Source: Paraphysomonas bandaiensis
Taxonomy: Eukaryota; Protista; Chrysophyceae
Direction of reading: 5' to 3'
DNA: 64,000 nucleotides
Assembly (NCBI GenBank): GCA_965644295.1
Contig: CBFFRP010000430.1
Coordinates: 62,001-126,000 of the forward strand
Shown: piece after piece, positions 37,172 to 51,520 of the stretch
Layout of the letters: the number at the start of each line of letters is the position of its first letter
How positions within the stretch are numbered: position 1 is the stretch's first letter
Notes under the pieces: generated by a model
What the model was told of the DNA's origin: nothing
Seen by the model: only the letters and a program-made list of their open reading frames with translations
Databases searched by the model: none
Made by a program: the position numbers and the translations under genes

Positions 37172-37413
37172 ATACACAGCTATATTAAAAATAGACTCTA
37201 TGTTGTAGATTGTAGACATTAGACATCATTGTGTCACTGTGTCTGAACGAATCCAACATATAGTTCTACGGCACAAGGTACAGAAAATTTAACACAACAC
37301 TAATTCCAACATGAAGCTGTTATTTTTTTATATAATAACATGACAGCGTGAAAACATTCTATCTGCGGGAACTATGTTATCTCTTTACGACATTGACGGT
37401 ATAACTGCCTAAT

Positions 37414-38480
37414 CTACATTTGCATACTACTTTCTTCTGTGCTACTATCATCGTCAACATCGAAATTCGATGCTGCCGCAGATTTCACATCAACGCGTAG
37501 GCTCTGCTTTTCTAGGGTTGCTGAGTATTGACCGAGAGCAAAATGTGATTGTGTTGCCAGTACGTCTGTTAAAATGCATGCACCAGTTAGTTAGAAACAG
37601 CTGCAGAAGAGATGGCTCACCTTGTGGTAGAAATCCGCTATGCTTTTCTGTATGCACAGGCACCACTAAGTCTTGCTCAGCGTTTACATTCCAACCCAAA
37701 GAGTTGCAAACTACACCACAACAATCAGTCACAAAACTGTAGGAATGTGAAAACGCACCCGCTATACAATCTGCAGCGCTCAGAGCAAGATTGCGGGAGA
37801 GTAAACGAAGGCTTATACACTCATAGGAACAAGCAATCTGATTCATATGATCTCTCCTAATATTCTCAGTGCACATCTTAATGATAGGTGAAACACCAAC
37901 TGACCAATCATTCGACAACAGTAATGCACAAGCTTCTGATGTGTTGTTGGCGTGCAAATACTGGCATACTCTCCAAATCCTGTTAAACTCAGAATTTGCA
38001 TCAGCTTTCAAGTGATCAGGGGCTCTTTTCCATAGATACTTCGCCCCATATATATCACCAGCCAATACATACAGTGAGATGTGTATAGCATAAAACACAT
38101 CCAGATTCTCCACATGTATAATATCGGATCCATGTTCGATAAACTATAAGAAACATCGCATGTGGTTAGGATATATAGAATATATATGAGTATGTATGTA
38201 TGCATGTATATAGATATGTACGTATATATATTATGTGTGTGTATGTATGCATAGAGATATGCCTGTATATATACATGGATAAGTCTGTATGTGTGTATAT
38301 ATATGGATAAGTGCGTTGAGAGGATATGCCTGTGTGTGTATGTATCTATAGGGATGTGTGTGTATGTACCTGTAGCTCTAACATATCTGTGTATCTACGA
38401 GCGCTCTCATAGTCTTGTTGTAGTAAGTAATCCTTAAGGGGAGAGTCATTGAGAGTAAACTTATGTTCCATTGAGGTCAT
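37414..38480 (-). CDS. COPS8: COP9 signalosome subunit 8 (PCI, CSN8/PSMD8/eIF3K family); multi-exon, ends approximate
   Basis: AKYLWKRAP...IWRVCQYL...IACSYECISL...CNSLGWNV. Confidence 0.8.
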
Positions 38481-39026
38481 TTGATGTTATAGAATGGGTA
38501 ATAATTGTTTGAATGTATTGATAGGTGAGTTGGTTGATATATATGGAGATGTATGTATGTATGTATGTATGTGTGTATATATCTAGTTACTTTAACAATA
38601 TATTATTGTACTAAATTGTTTTATATTTGTCATAATTGTCATAATTGTCATCTTGTATTATACGGATATGAGGTGTAAAAAATAATTTTACGACCAATAG
38701 TTTTCGATAGGAGTACTCATATGAGTGTACACCACAGCGTAGCGTACGTATATACATGTACAGCAGCAATATGTGACCATGTACAGCAGTACACGATAAA
38801 CTTCCCACTCTCGATGCAGGAGTGTATAACACTGTGGTGTACTTATGTACATATACATGTACAGCAGTACACTATACTTATCCCTCTCCATATATACAGA
38901 GCAGTACACATACAGCAGTACCTGTACATGCATATATATACACACGATCATCTCCACATAACTCACCATATAATCATGACTATCCACCCCCCTCCTCATG
39001 TTCCCTCCCTCTCATAACCCCAAACA

Positions 39027-40529
39027 ATGTCCCTCTCACCATCCCCTCATCTCTCACTGTGTATTTATATAATAACACTCCTAATCCATCAACTCCCCGC
39101 TATACATACATACACACACACAGACACTCTCACAGACACTCTCAAAGACACAGAAACATCTATCATACACGCCTTACTACACAACAACCTCCAACAAGTC
39201 ATCGATCTCATTGGGTTTGGATATCCTGTGAATGAAGTCGACTATAGATCCGGATGGACTCCTCTTATATATGTAGCCCGTAACGGGAATACAGACTTAG
39301 TTAGAATTATGCTACTTGCAGGTGCATCTATTGATCATACATGTAATGATGGATGGACTGCATTGATGTTTGCTGCACGATATGGATATGTAGAGACGGT
39401 TGAAGAGCTTCTAATGCATCATGCAGATCCTCATATTGTTGCAATGAATTCAATGGATGCTTTACATGCTGCACGATTGTCAGGTGATGATATGACCATA
39501 CGGTTAATTGTGGATGCCCTATCAAGGTCGTGGAAATACGAGCTTTATGCAGTGGCTGATGGGTCTTCATCGTCACTTATCCTTCCAGCTGCTCACAGTG
39601 GCAATGTCAGAGCAGTGTTGTCGCTTATTCAGGCAGGACATGATCCAAATGAGAGAGGGGGTGGTGGTTGGACCCCACTTATCCTCGCAGCGTCTTCTGG
39701 AAGTGATAGGGCTGTCGAGGAGTTGCTGCGTGCTGGATCAGAGGTTAACGCTCGAGATAGAGATGGGTGGACTCCACTCATGTTTGCAGCAAGTGTGGTT
39801 AGTACTTGCAACTACTCTTACAATGCATAAAAATCCATGTATATAATATAGGGTGATATGAAATCAGCAGATCTTCTTCTTGATGCAGGGGCGAATTGTA
39901 TGCTACTTAGTGAGCATGGTTTGGTAGCTAGCGATATTGCTGTAGGGGCAGGATATACTGACCTAGGGATGTACATCTATTGCTCCTGCGTTTGTCGAGG
40001 CGTACTGGTGGGTGACGTTGAAAGTGTGCTGTGGATGGTAAAACGGGGTGATAACCCCAATATCGTTTGCGCAAACTGTGGTGGGTATACCCCTCTGATA
40101 TTGGCCTGTATAAAGTCGAATGAGTCTGCGGTAGCCTCGTTGTTATCACTGGGTGCTGATCCTGGACTGCCGGAGGGAGATCTATGGACACCTCTTATGT
40201 TTGCGAGCGCAAGAGGGGATATTGGAGTGGTAAGCCTCCTGCTTGAAGCGGGCGCCAGGGTGGATGATACAACAGCTAATGGAATCACAGCAATTGATAT
40301 AGCCCGCAGCAGAGAATGGTGGAAGACTTTGCAAGTGCTAGAAGCCAAGCTATTGGCTGACCAGCTACGATATACCGAAAAATCGAATCCAAATTCGGAA
40401 TACGATTTCTTAGAGTACCAGTTTAGGCATGATGATCAATCCTCTCAAGACACTTCCGCGCTTTCTGGTTGCGATGAAAACTGTCGTTCGGTTAGACCTA
40501 TTTATTGGAGAAACATCATCGATTTTTGA
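39027..40529 (+). CDS. Ankyrin-repeat protein with probable signal peptide; intron 39798-39851
   Basis: Several GWTPL/GWTAL/GYTPL ankyrin repeats; hydrophobic N-terminus. Confidence 0.88.
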
Positions 40530-42736
40530 GTGTAGAGTTATTGTATTTTTCCTTTCTTATAGATTTTTAAAATAGAAGTGCGTATATTTAGATAATTAGG
40601 TTTAATTAGATAATAATATGGATAATGTATAGTAATAATTTAGACTACCGAGATAAGAGTTTAAGTGATGACAGCCCCAATTATAAATGCATAAAATTCG
40701 AAGTATTCTGCACTAATATTACAAATTACTAATATAAGTTGCACAGCAGAGCTTAACTGTGTAGATATTACGTTGTAAAAATACGAGAGAAATAGTCATT
40801 GATTAGTTTTCTGGGAGGAAGTGTAGCCCCTCACACTTGAGAACATATGTACTCCTAATCGGATATTACACTGATCATCTTTACATTGCGTATTATATAA
40901 TATTGTAGAATCAGTATTATATAATTGGTGTTGTGTGAAAGCAGGATCATTCATGCATTTTAAGTCATTGTAGGAGTTATCAAAATTGTTTACATCTTTC
41001 TATACCTGCTTCAGAACTCAATAAAGATAAGTACTATATCACAGCATAACATACATCCTCTGCTGCAGTTCATTGAGTTCAATTGGAAATTACATTGTCC
41101 AACTCCTCTTTGTCAGAAATTGGATTATGAATTCATCGTTACATACAAATAAGCTATATATGACCTCTCTCAGTGTTGTGTTAAATCTACGTGATAATAA
41201 CACTACCAGACAGAGTAGTTATAGTAGCAAAAGAAATAAAGGTAGGAGTTTTTAACGTGATTATTATTAAATCTATTTTGGCGCATGTGTGTTTTTATTT
41301 AACTACAAATATAGATAGAAATAGAGAGCAATAATTGCATACCACACGTGTAACTGCTATATCGCATGAGAATAGTTTAGGAGATTTGAGAGTTTCTTCA
41401 TTAGCCCGCATTACACGTGCTGTTTGATGCTAGATATTTATAATATGGTGTTGGTATATGTTTACTTTGAAGGTGTAAGGTTCGGACAAATATATTATTT
41501 CATCAAAATTTACAACTAGAAGGAATTACTAAAATTGAACTGTATGTATATGCGGCTCATGTTAGTCTTCTGGAGAAATTTCTCCGGTACAATACAAGCA
41601 TTACGGTAGGAGAGTTGAACATCATGACGCATGATGCGGATGATGTTTTTGGATGCTTCTGAATCCCTTTCTCCCCATTTGATGCAATCCAAAACGTAAA
41701 ATATCAAAATATTATAACTTCTATTCGCTCCGCAACATATTAGAATGTGATGCCTAATTCTGAAATAATCTCCTTGACTGCCTTAACAACATTCTCCCGA
41801 ATTAACAAATGTTAGCAAAATATAGTAGGCTCTCAACAACTCAGCCGCTGGACTCCTCTTATATTATTTTTTTTATGTCCACAGTTATGATATTCTCATT
41901 TGGCCGCGTGCTGTTGGGCGTCGCCACTACAATTGTGCAGGCAGTATCCATTGAAACCGCAGTTGTAATCTAGGCAATGAAAAGTTAGACAACGGTCATA
42001 TAGTATAATCCATCTGGAGTGAATATCCACGCATATATTTCGGACATCTGAGAGATAGTATGCTCTCCATAATATGTAGAGGTCCTATGGGATTGCACCT
42101 CTCTGTTTCCCTAGAAACGGCGGCCGAATACTGACAGCAGGCCCACTATAGTGTCACCACGTAGATCATCCTTGGCAATAAGGGATACGAAATTACCATT
42201 AGTACAGGTTGTTAAACTTGGTTTGCTCAAACTCCAGACCCTGACTTCAAGAATTTTCATATGCATGACAGAGAGGGAAAACACGTCAAACAAACATTTG
42301 GCAATCGTGGGAATCTTTTTTCACGCTTTTTACTAGGATATTAACTGGTATAGGTTATACTCGACTAGATTATTATCAAAAAAAGTGTTATATTCAAGTA
42401 AAAGTATACTCATTGTATATGGCATGGCATATACATGCTATAAACATATTCAAATTCTACTTTTTACAAGTGATAACAACTGCTAACGTGATTTTCAAAT
42501 ACGTTTTCTCATTCCGAAGTCGTTTGCTTTCATGCTCCATATACGATGCGTAGAGCAGCCTGTTCACAACAACCATACCAATGATATCAAGCATATCATA
42601 CCATACACCTGCATTACCACCACACACATACCTCTGCAAAAGCAGCAATCTCTTCCTTCCTCTACACTATACGCACATGGTCGAATGAGATTATATTTAT
42701 AATTCTACGAATGCGATGAAAGATACAGATTACATA

Positions 42737-45700
42737 CTAACATGTGCATTTAAAAAGAAGCTGACGCATCGTATCATCGCTTGCCACATCAGCAGAGGTC
42801 TTGCCATTCTGCGATAACTGATGATGAATAATCATAGTAAAACGTGACGCCGCGCATCGCCGCGTTTACATGTATTTCACATAGTATATGCGGGGTATTT
42901 ATATACTATGGAGACATGCTACTGACATTATTTTGAACATTATAATCGGCTCCTGCACCAACCAGATACTCAGCTATATCTCTGTAACCACCAGAGGCAG
43001 CCAAGTGAAGAGCTGTTTGACCCAACTACAAAATGTAATCATATATAAACCCTCACGATATAACACAATAGATATATTACCCTAATGACATAATACTAAA
43101 TATATATACATAAGCCCGTATACTATAATATATATAACAGCATATACATATATATATGCGGAGAGAGGATAGTGCTACTTACATAGTCTCCTATATTACA
43201 ATTGGCTCCTGCATCCACCAGATACTCAGCTACATCTCTGTGACCATCAGAGATGGCGAAGTGAAGTGCTGTTTGACCCAACTACAATAAATTATAATCA
43301 TATATAAGCCGTTATGATAATATCATAGATATTCCCCCTAATGACATAATACTAAACATGTGTACACGTGCCCGTATACTATGACACCATATTCATATAT
43401 ATGTATGGGGATAGAGGAGGGGGTTACTTACATTGTCTCGTACATTGTAATCAGCCCCTGCACCCACTAGACACTCAGCTATATCTCTGTAACCATCACA
43501 GGCAGCCAAGTGAAGTGCTGTTTGACCCTCCTACAAATATAGTGATATTTAAGTCCACACGACGATATAACACAATATATATGAGCCCTCATGATATAAT
43601 ACTCCATATATATATACATGAGCCCGTATACTATGACGCCATATTCATATATATTGGGATATAGGAGGGGGTTACTTACATTGTTTCGTACATTATAATT
43701 GGCTCCTACACCCACCAGATACTCAGCTATGTCTCTGTGGCCATTAGAGGCAGCCAAGTGAAGAGCTGTTTGACCCTCCTACAATTATAATCATATACAA
43801 GTGTTTTTATATAACACAATAGATATACTACCCCTGGTAATATAACACTATATATGTATACATGAGCCCGTATACAATACCACGTATATACATAAATGGT
43901 GATAGAGAAGGTAGTTACTTACACGGGATTGTGCGTTATAATCTGCTCCTGTACCCACTAGATACTCAGCTATATCTCTGTAGCCACCAGAGGCAGCCAC
44001 GTGAAGAGCCGTTTGACCCAACTACAATTATAATCATAATATATAAGCCTCTGTATGCCACTTTTTATGTATTCATCTTCCTTTCTACTATAACACCATA
44101 ATATGCATATGTATGGGGGGGTTACTTACATTGTCCCGTACATTGTAATCGGCTCCTGCACCAACCAGATACTCAGCCATGTCCCTGTACCCATTGGAGA
44201 CAGCGAAGTGAAGTGCTGTTTGACCTTTCTACAAATATAATCATGCATATAAGCCCTCACTATATAACACGTTCTACGTATACAATAGCGGGTATATACA
44301 TATTTGGGGATAGAGGATGGGGTTACTTACATTGTCCCGTACATTGTAATCGGCTCCTACACCAACCAGATACTCAGCTATGTCTCTGTGACCATTACAG
44401 GCCGCCACGTGAAGAGCTGTTTGACCCTCCTATAATTATAATCATGTATATAAGCCTTTTAATATATCACTATCAATATATTATGTAGCCCCCATGATAT
44501 AACACTACATATATGTATACATGAGCCCGTATACAATACCACGTATATACATATATGGGGATAGAGAAAGTAGTTACTTACACGGGATTGTGCGTTATAA
44601 TCTACTCCTGCACCCACCAGATACTCAGCTATATCTCCAAAATCATTGGAGACCGCCAAGTGAAGCGCTGTTTGACCCAACTACAATTACAATCTTATAA
44701 TGCCATACGAATATAATACAATATATATTATATTAGCCGTAGTGTATAACACAATATATTATACGAGCCCTCATGATAAAACACAATAGAAAATATATTG
44801 ATGTTACACTATATACATAGCCCATTTACTATAACACCACACAAATACATATAGTGGGGATAGAGGAGGGGGATACTTACATTGTCCCGTAGATTGCAAT
44901 CTGCTCCTACACCGACCAGATACTCAGCTATGTCTCTGTGACCATTAGAGGTCGCCAAGTGAAGAGCTGTTTGACCATCCTATAATTATAACAATTTATA
45001 AAAGCCCCAATTATATAACAGAATAGATATATTATCCCTCATGATATAACACTACCTAAATATACATAAGCCCGTGTACTATAACAATGTATGCACATTT
45101 ATACGGGAATAGAGGATGGGGTTTCTTACACGGGATTGTGTGTTATAATCTGCTCCTGCACCCAAAAGATATTGGGCAACATTTCTATGGCCATTGGAGA
45201 GAGCCAGGTGAAGAGCTGTATGACCATCCTGTAAGAAAAACATAATACATGAGGCCTTACACTATAAGGCAATATATATTGGAGGATAGAGAAGTGGGTT
45301 ACTTACATTGTCTCGTACGTTACAATCGGCTCCTGACCTAACCAAATTCTCGGCTATTTCTTTGTAACCATTAGAGACAGCCAAGTGAAGAGCCGTTTGA
45401 CCCACCTACAATTATAATCATATATAAGCCCTTAGTATATAACACTATAGATATATTACCCCTAGTAATATAGCACTACATGTATTCATGAGCCCTTATA
45501 CATATATATGAGGATAGAAAAAGCAGTTACTTACACGGGATTGTGTGTTATAATCTGCGCCTGCACCCACCAGACACTCAGCTATTTCTTTGAATCTATT
45601 AGAAAGGGCCACGTGAAGAGCTGTTAGACCATCCTTAAAAATAAATTAACAATACAGGAAAGTGTAAGCTTAGCACTATATCAGGATATAGGAGGGGGTT

Positions 45701-47653
45701 ACTTACATTGTCTTGTACATTGTAATCGGCCCCTGAACCAACCAGATGCTCAGCCATATCGCTGTACCCATTGCAGGCAGCCAAGTGAAGAGCTGTTTGA
45801 CCATCCTACAATTATAACAATTTATAAGCCCTCATTATATAACACAGAAAGTATAGTAGCCTGCATGATATAACACAGCATATGTATACATGTGACCTTA
45901 TACAATAGCAGGTATATATATATGGGGATAGAGGTTAGAGTTTCTTACATTGTCTCGTAGATTATAGTCTGCACCTGCACCAACTAGATACTCAGCTATG
46001 TCTCTGTCGCGATAACAGAGAGCCAAGCGAAGAGCTGTATGACCATCCTAAAAACAAATATTACACGAATCCGCATACGATAACACCACATATACACATA
46101 TATATGGGGTTAGAATCTGACTCTTAACCGCCTATTACAAATAAAAAGACACACACTACTATGGGGATAGGAGGGGGTTACTTACATTGTTTCGTATATT
46201 ATAATTGGCTCCTGCACCCACCAGATACTCAGCTATGTCTCTGTGACTATTAGAGGCAGCCAAGTGAAGAGCTGTTTGACCCTCCTACAATTATAATCAT
46301 ATATAAGCATTTTTATATAACACAATAGATATATTACCCCTGGTGATATACCACTATATATGTATACATGAGCCCGTATACTATGACGCCATATTCATAT
46401 ATATTGGGATATAGGAGGGGGTTACTTACATTGTCTCGTACATTATAATCGGCTCCTGCACCAACCAGATACTCCGCTATATCTCGGTGACCATTAGTGG
46501 CAGCCACGTGAAGAGCTGTTTGACCCTCCTACAATTATAATCATATACAAGTGTTTTCATATAGCACACTAGTTATAGTAGCCTTCATGATATAACACTA
46601 CATATGTAGTACAAGGACCATTATACTCTATATATGGGGAGAGAGTATGGGTGTTACTCACATTGTTTCGTAGATTATAATCGGCTCCCACACCCACCAG
46701 ATACTCAGTTATGTCCCTGTACCCATTAGAGACAGCAAAGTGAAGAGCTGTTTGACCCATCTACAATCATAATCACAGATAAGCCGTTATGATATAACAC
46801 AATAGATATATAGTCCGTAATAACATAATGCAATATATGAATACATCATCCTTTACACTCTAGTACTATATATACATATACGTTTATATGGGGATAGAGG
46901 AGGGGGATACTTACATTGTCTCGTGCATTATAATCGGCTCCTGCACCCACCAGATACTCAGCTATGTCTCTGTGACCATTAGTGGCAGCCACGTGAAGAG
47001 CTGTTTGACCCTCCTACAATTATAATCATATACAAGTGTTTTCATATAGCACACTAGTTATAGTAGCCTTCATGATATAACACTACATATGTAGTACAAG
47101 GACCATTATACTCTATATATGGGGAGAGAGTATGGGTGTTACTCACATTGTTTCGTAGATTATAATCGGCTCCCACACCCACCAGATACTCAGTTATGTC
47201 CCTGTACCCATTAGAGACAGCAAAGTGAAGAGCTGTTTGACCCATCTACAATCATAATCACAGATAAGCCGTTATGATATAACACAATAGATATATAGTC
47301 CGTAATAACATAATGCAATATATGAATACATCATCCTTTACACTCTAGTACTATATATACATATACGTTTATATGGGGATAGAGGAGGGGGATACTTACA
47401 TTGTCTCGTGCATTATAATCGGCTCCTGCACCCACCAGATACTCAGCTATGTCTCTGTGACCATTACATGCCGCCAAGTGAAGAGCTGTTTGACCCTCCT
47501 ACAGTTATAATCACGTATAAGCCGTCATGAGCCCTTTTACTATGTATATATACATACATATTCTCTTTTATTGATTTCACCCTTTTCAACATAGCGCATC
47601 ACTTCATCGAGATCACCATTTGAAGCAGCTTCAGAAATAGCACATCTCAACAT
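42737..47653 (-). CDS. Ankyrin-repeat protein (about 715 aa): N-cap exon, 20 tandem 99-nt single-repeat exons, C-cap exon
   Basis: First coding exon 47558-47653 (MLRCAISEAASNGDLDEVMRYVEKGEINKREY). 99-nt exons start (+ coordinates) at 47400, 47147, 46915, 46662, 46430, 46186, 45949, 45707, 45535, 45307, 45130, 44881, 44582, 44331, 44130, 43923, 43680, 43432, 43183, 42927; all stop-free with AG/GT borders, consensus xGQTALHLAxSNGHRDIAEYLVGAGADYNxRDN. Last exon 42737-42808 (NGKTSADVASDDTMRQLLFKCTC*). Confidence 0.9.
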
Positions 47654-48378
47654 CTCTGAACAGACGAGTAGTACTAACAATCACACTATAAGGATATTAA
47701 TAATAGTGATGTACACTATACAAGACATCATACGAATGACTCACTCACTACAGTATGATTACCACCCAATCAAGAAGTGTGAAGTCAGTCAAATGAAGTG
47801 AAGTGAAGTGAAGCGAAGTGTTATTCACAGTATCCAATAGCGGAGTAGCAGTCCAATGGATGGATGTATATGTATATATCCACTGCTGTGGTGTGTGGAT
47901 ATTGGAAGTGTGAAGTCAAATGAAGTGTTGTTCACAATATCCAGCCAATAGGAATTCCAAGCGCGCGGATAGCAAGCCAATCATGTTATGATCCTCAGAG
48001 ATGATCTTCCATATACTCTGTACATGAGAACCACTGTACAAACTGCTGTTTGTATATAATAAAAATCCCGGATTTTATGTTTTCGCAAGTGGTACAGGAC
48101 TGTACGAAATACCTGAATACAACAATATACTACTGTATACCCACTCACAAACAACATAAACTGAAATTGTGACTCCCCAAGATTAAATAAAATGTAGGTC
48201 GGAGATTGACTTCCAGTATATGGTTTTTAGTTATAGAACGGAGCTAAGCTGAGATTATGAAGAGTGATATAGAGTCAACAAGTAGTTAGTTGAGCAGTAG
48301 CGGAGAACTCATATATATTTTCAAGGTAGTAAATATCCTTTACTTGTATTGTTATTATGTACTTATCTATGAAATAGA

Positions 48379-48983
48379 ATGGCTGATATGGAGGAAGCTC
48401 GTGCGCGTATGATCGCAAAGAGGTTTGGTGGGAACAAGGCTGGTGCAAGCACTGGTGGTGGTGGATCTGTTAGAAGAAAGAAGAAGTCCACCCATAAGGC
48501 TCCTAATGGTGTGATTTATATATTGATTTTATTATTAATTGATTTAATTGACTTGTTTCGGTTTTTAGACGACAAGAAATTGACATCTGCTTTAAAGAAG
48601 CTCAATGTCAACCCTATCTCTGGCATTGAGGAAGTAAATCTCTTCAAGGAAGATGGTAACATCATCCACTTTACTAACCCTAAAGGTAGAGTTTTCATTA
48701 TTGATTAGATATAATCTCTTTGATATGTATAAATACTATAGTGCAAGCATCTCTCCAATCCAATACCTATGTTGTGAGTGGAAATGCCGAGACCAAGCCT
48801 CTGCAGGACCTCCTCCCTGGCATTCTCAGCCAGATGGGCCAGGAGAGCATGAATAATCTGCGACAGATAATGGAGGCTATGGGCGGAGCTGATGCAGCTG
48901 CTGGTGCCCCTGCCGATGGCAACCAAAGTGATGAAGACATTCCTGACTTGGTTGAGAACTTCGAAGAAGCTTCCAACAAATAG
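48379..48983 (+). CDS. BTF3: Nascent polypeptide-associated complex beta (BTF3), 3 exons: 48379-48508, 48569-48685, 48742-48983
   Basis: [38 protein letters not shown]...[10 protein letters not shown]...[10 protein letters not shown]. Confidence 0.96.
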
Positions 48984-49948
48984 ACTCCAGCCATTGACAT
49001 ATCTTAGTAATATTTGGGTTTACTGCAAACTTGCTGTTGTAATAAATTAACTCATATCAAAAACTTTCATGTGGTGTACCTATACCACTAGGTTTCAATT
49101 CAGCTGTCATTCGAGATACAAATCTTATAGGCACTCTCTCCATAATATTTCAACTTTGGACGCTTTCAACTTTGATTCTGATCCCTGTTATATTGATTAT
49201 TTTCTCACTTTTAACTTTGGGTCAATTAAAGAGTAATCAGTCGTAGTGCGTTATTATCATCTCTGACATAGCACGGAACTCCCCAGTGAAATTCTCTATC
49301 CTTGTTCATCTTAAGTATGCTTATTTACTTTTTATCATCTCTTTATGGTCACGATAACTCAAATGATAGCTGATTAATGATACTAATATATTGCAAATAT
49401 GCAATCCATAGTATTGCTGGGTCGGATGAGAAACTCCATCAATACGGTTGACAGAACACTATCTAACTTCTAACTATCTAACAATAGTATTTCAATATAT
49501 TGTTCCCTATCCCTGATTTATTTAAATAGTAATATGCTCAATAGTAAAATATTAGAGTAGCCAGAGAACGGGTTATTGCATTACGGAGAGTTAAATTACA
49601 TACTAGCTTTTGCTCCTTCCTTTGCATTCTTTGGTATTTGGTGTGTCCGAGGGATATCTACTGTCTCCAAAATTAAATAATGAATAATTATTTTACTCCT
49701 ATTATCAGGGATGTGTGACAATTAATCGTCAAGTAGTCGAGGCAAGTTGTAGTCTATTTTTAAAGTTCACCAGATACTCCTAGAATACTAGTATCTAATT
49801 TGCCCTCGCTTATGACATTGGAAGCCTACTCTGACGAAACTCCTAGAATGTTTCTCAGCTATCATTATGTAGATGTAGACAACCTGAATACACTATTATT
49901 ATATATTATAAATACTAAACTCTACACTATTGTGGACTAGCTAAAACT

Positions 49949-50963
49949 CTATCCTCCTTTAGTAAGTTGACGAAGATCTTTTTTGCGCTGGTTGATTAGC
50001 TTATTCGTTTGCGCTTTGTATTTGTTATAGAGTGTGGAGTCCTTCGGAACTCCCGTATCCCCATTCTTATACATCACAGCAAGGTTATAACAGGATGGAG
50101 CGTGGCATTTCTCACACGATGCTTTAAGCACTTCCTCCGCTTTCACAGGATCACGATGAGGGTTTGCTGCAAACCATAGCATTTATCCCAGCAAAAGACA
50201 AGGATGTTGACTTACATTGGCTAATATGGTAGCCACCGACTGTGTAACAACTTTCCACGTCTCCATTCATACAATTCTCAGTGAGAAGCTTGATGGCATT
50301 CTGTGTAGTCTAAGTGAAAACAACATTTGAATTACTGACGGAGAGTAGTCAATTGTTGAAAAACCTCTGTCTTCTTTGCTGCATCTTTCATCTTGTCAGC
50401 ACTCGCAAGCATCATGGTTCCATAAAAGTAACACGAATGGGGTAATCCGCCTTCACAACCTTTTTCTGCAAATACCAAAAACTGGTTACACAATGTTAGC
50501 TGATATATATTGGCACTTACTGAACAGAGACTCGGCTTTAGTCATGTCTACCTCTACACCCTTTCCAATCGCATATAAGCGAGCAAGACTAAAGCACGAA
50601 GGCATATGGTCATTCGTCTCACAATTCTGCGCAAAGAGTTTTGCAGCACGAGCTTTGTCATTCTGTATGCAACAGCAATGGGATAAGATCTATATGTAGA
50701 TGTATATACAAGAGGAGACCCAACCTTTACAACAGAGAAGAACTCGGCAACATGATGACCTTAAAGTGTCCAGCAATAAGCCCATGAGAACAATGTAATA
50801 AATAATACATACATGCAGCAGGTTCCCCTTTCCCGTCATTGCAATCCACCTCAAACCCAACCATTCTACATAACATCCAATTAAACATAAGGAAATATGG
50901 GGCAGAATAACCATACCTCGTTTCGTATTCCTCATCAACAAAATCCAATTCAGAGGGGTCCAT
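49949..50963 (-). CDS. COA7: Sel1-repeat protein, cytochrome c oxidase assembly factor 7-like; multi-exon
   Basis: FEVDCNDGKGEPAAC, NCETNDHMPSCFSLA, SCEKCHAPSCYNLAVMYKNGDTGVPKD; Cys-paired SEL1 repeats. Confidence 0.75.
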
Positions 50964-51520
50964 TGCTTGATAGTAATAGGTGGTTCTTGTTTGAAGTATC
51001 CTCTCTATTTAATATATATATGTGTGTACATGTATGTATGTATGTATGATGCATGGATGTCACTGTCCTCATCATGAACACTATGATGCAGCTGTCTGTA
51101 CTACGCTGCTGGACATGATGTACAGCAGTACAAGTAGTGGTGTATACATGCCTACATATAGCTGTATATACTCTATGCTATAGTAAGTGTATGTGGTGCA
51201 GCAGTACATAGTACATGTATACGCAGTATATGGTGCAGCAGTACATGCATTGTATGTGGTATATATGTACAGCAGTATATGTACGCAGTATGGTGCAGCA
51301 GTACACAGTATGTGGTATATATGTATACGCTGTATACAGTGCAGCAGTACATACATAGTATGTGGTATATACATACACTATACCATCTAGCTGTAGGAGC
51401 AGCATGCATGTCATGTCCAGTCCAATAAACATCCATGCTACTTAACACAATCACACACCACTGCATTCATATACCTCCATACTATATAACCCTCTACAAA
51501 TATAACTATCTACCACTACA

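Noticed and set aside
40550-42700. Possible decayed coding sequence between the two convergent ankyrin genes
   Set aside because: Fragments are short, stop-ridden and unassignable by eye
42927-47498. Repeat-spacer pattern read as CRISPR or non-coding satellite
   Set aside because: Conserved units are 99-nt ankyrin-coding exons with splice sites; the spacers are homologous introns
47654-47731. In-frame hydrophobic upstream extension of the ankyrin array gene (MMSCIVYITIINILIV*LLVLLVCSE) suggesting TGA read-through or a dead signal peptide
   Set aside because: Better explained as a 5' UTR intron (GTGAGT donor near 47744-47748, TTCAG acceptor just before the ATG); other genes here use TGA as a normal stop
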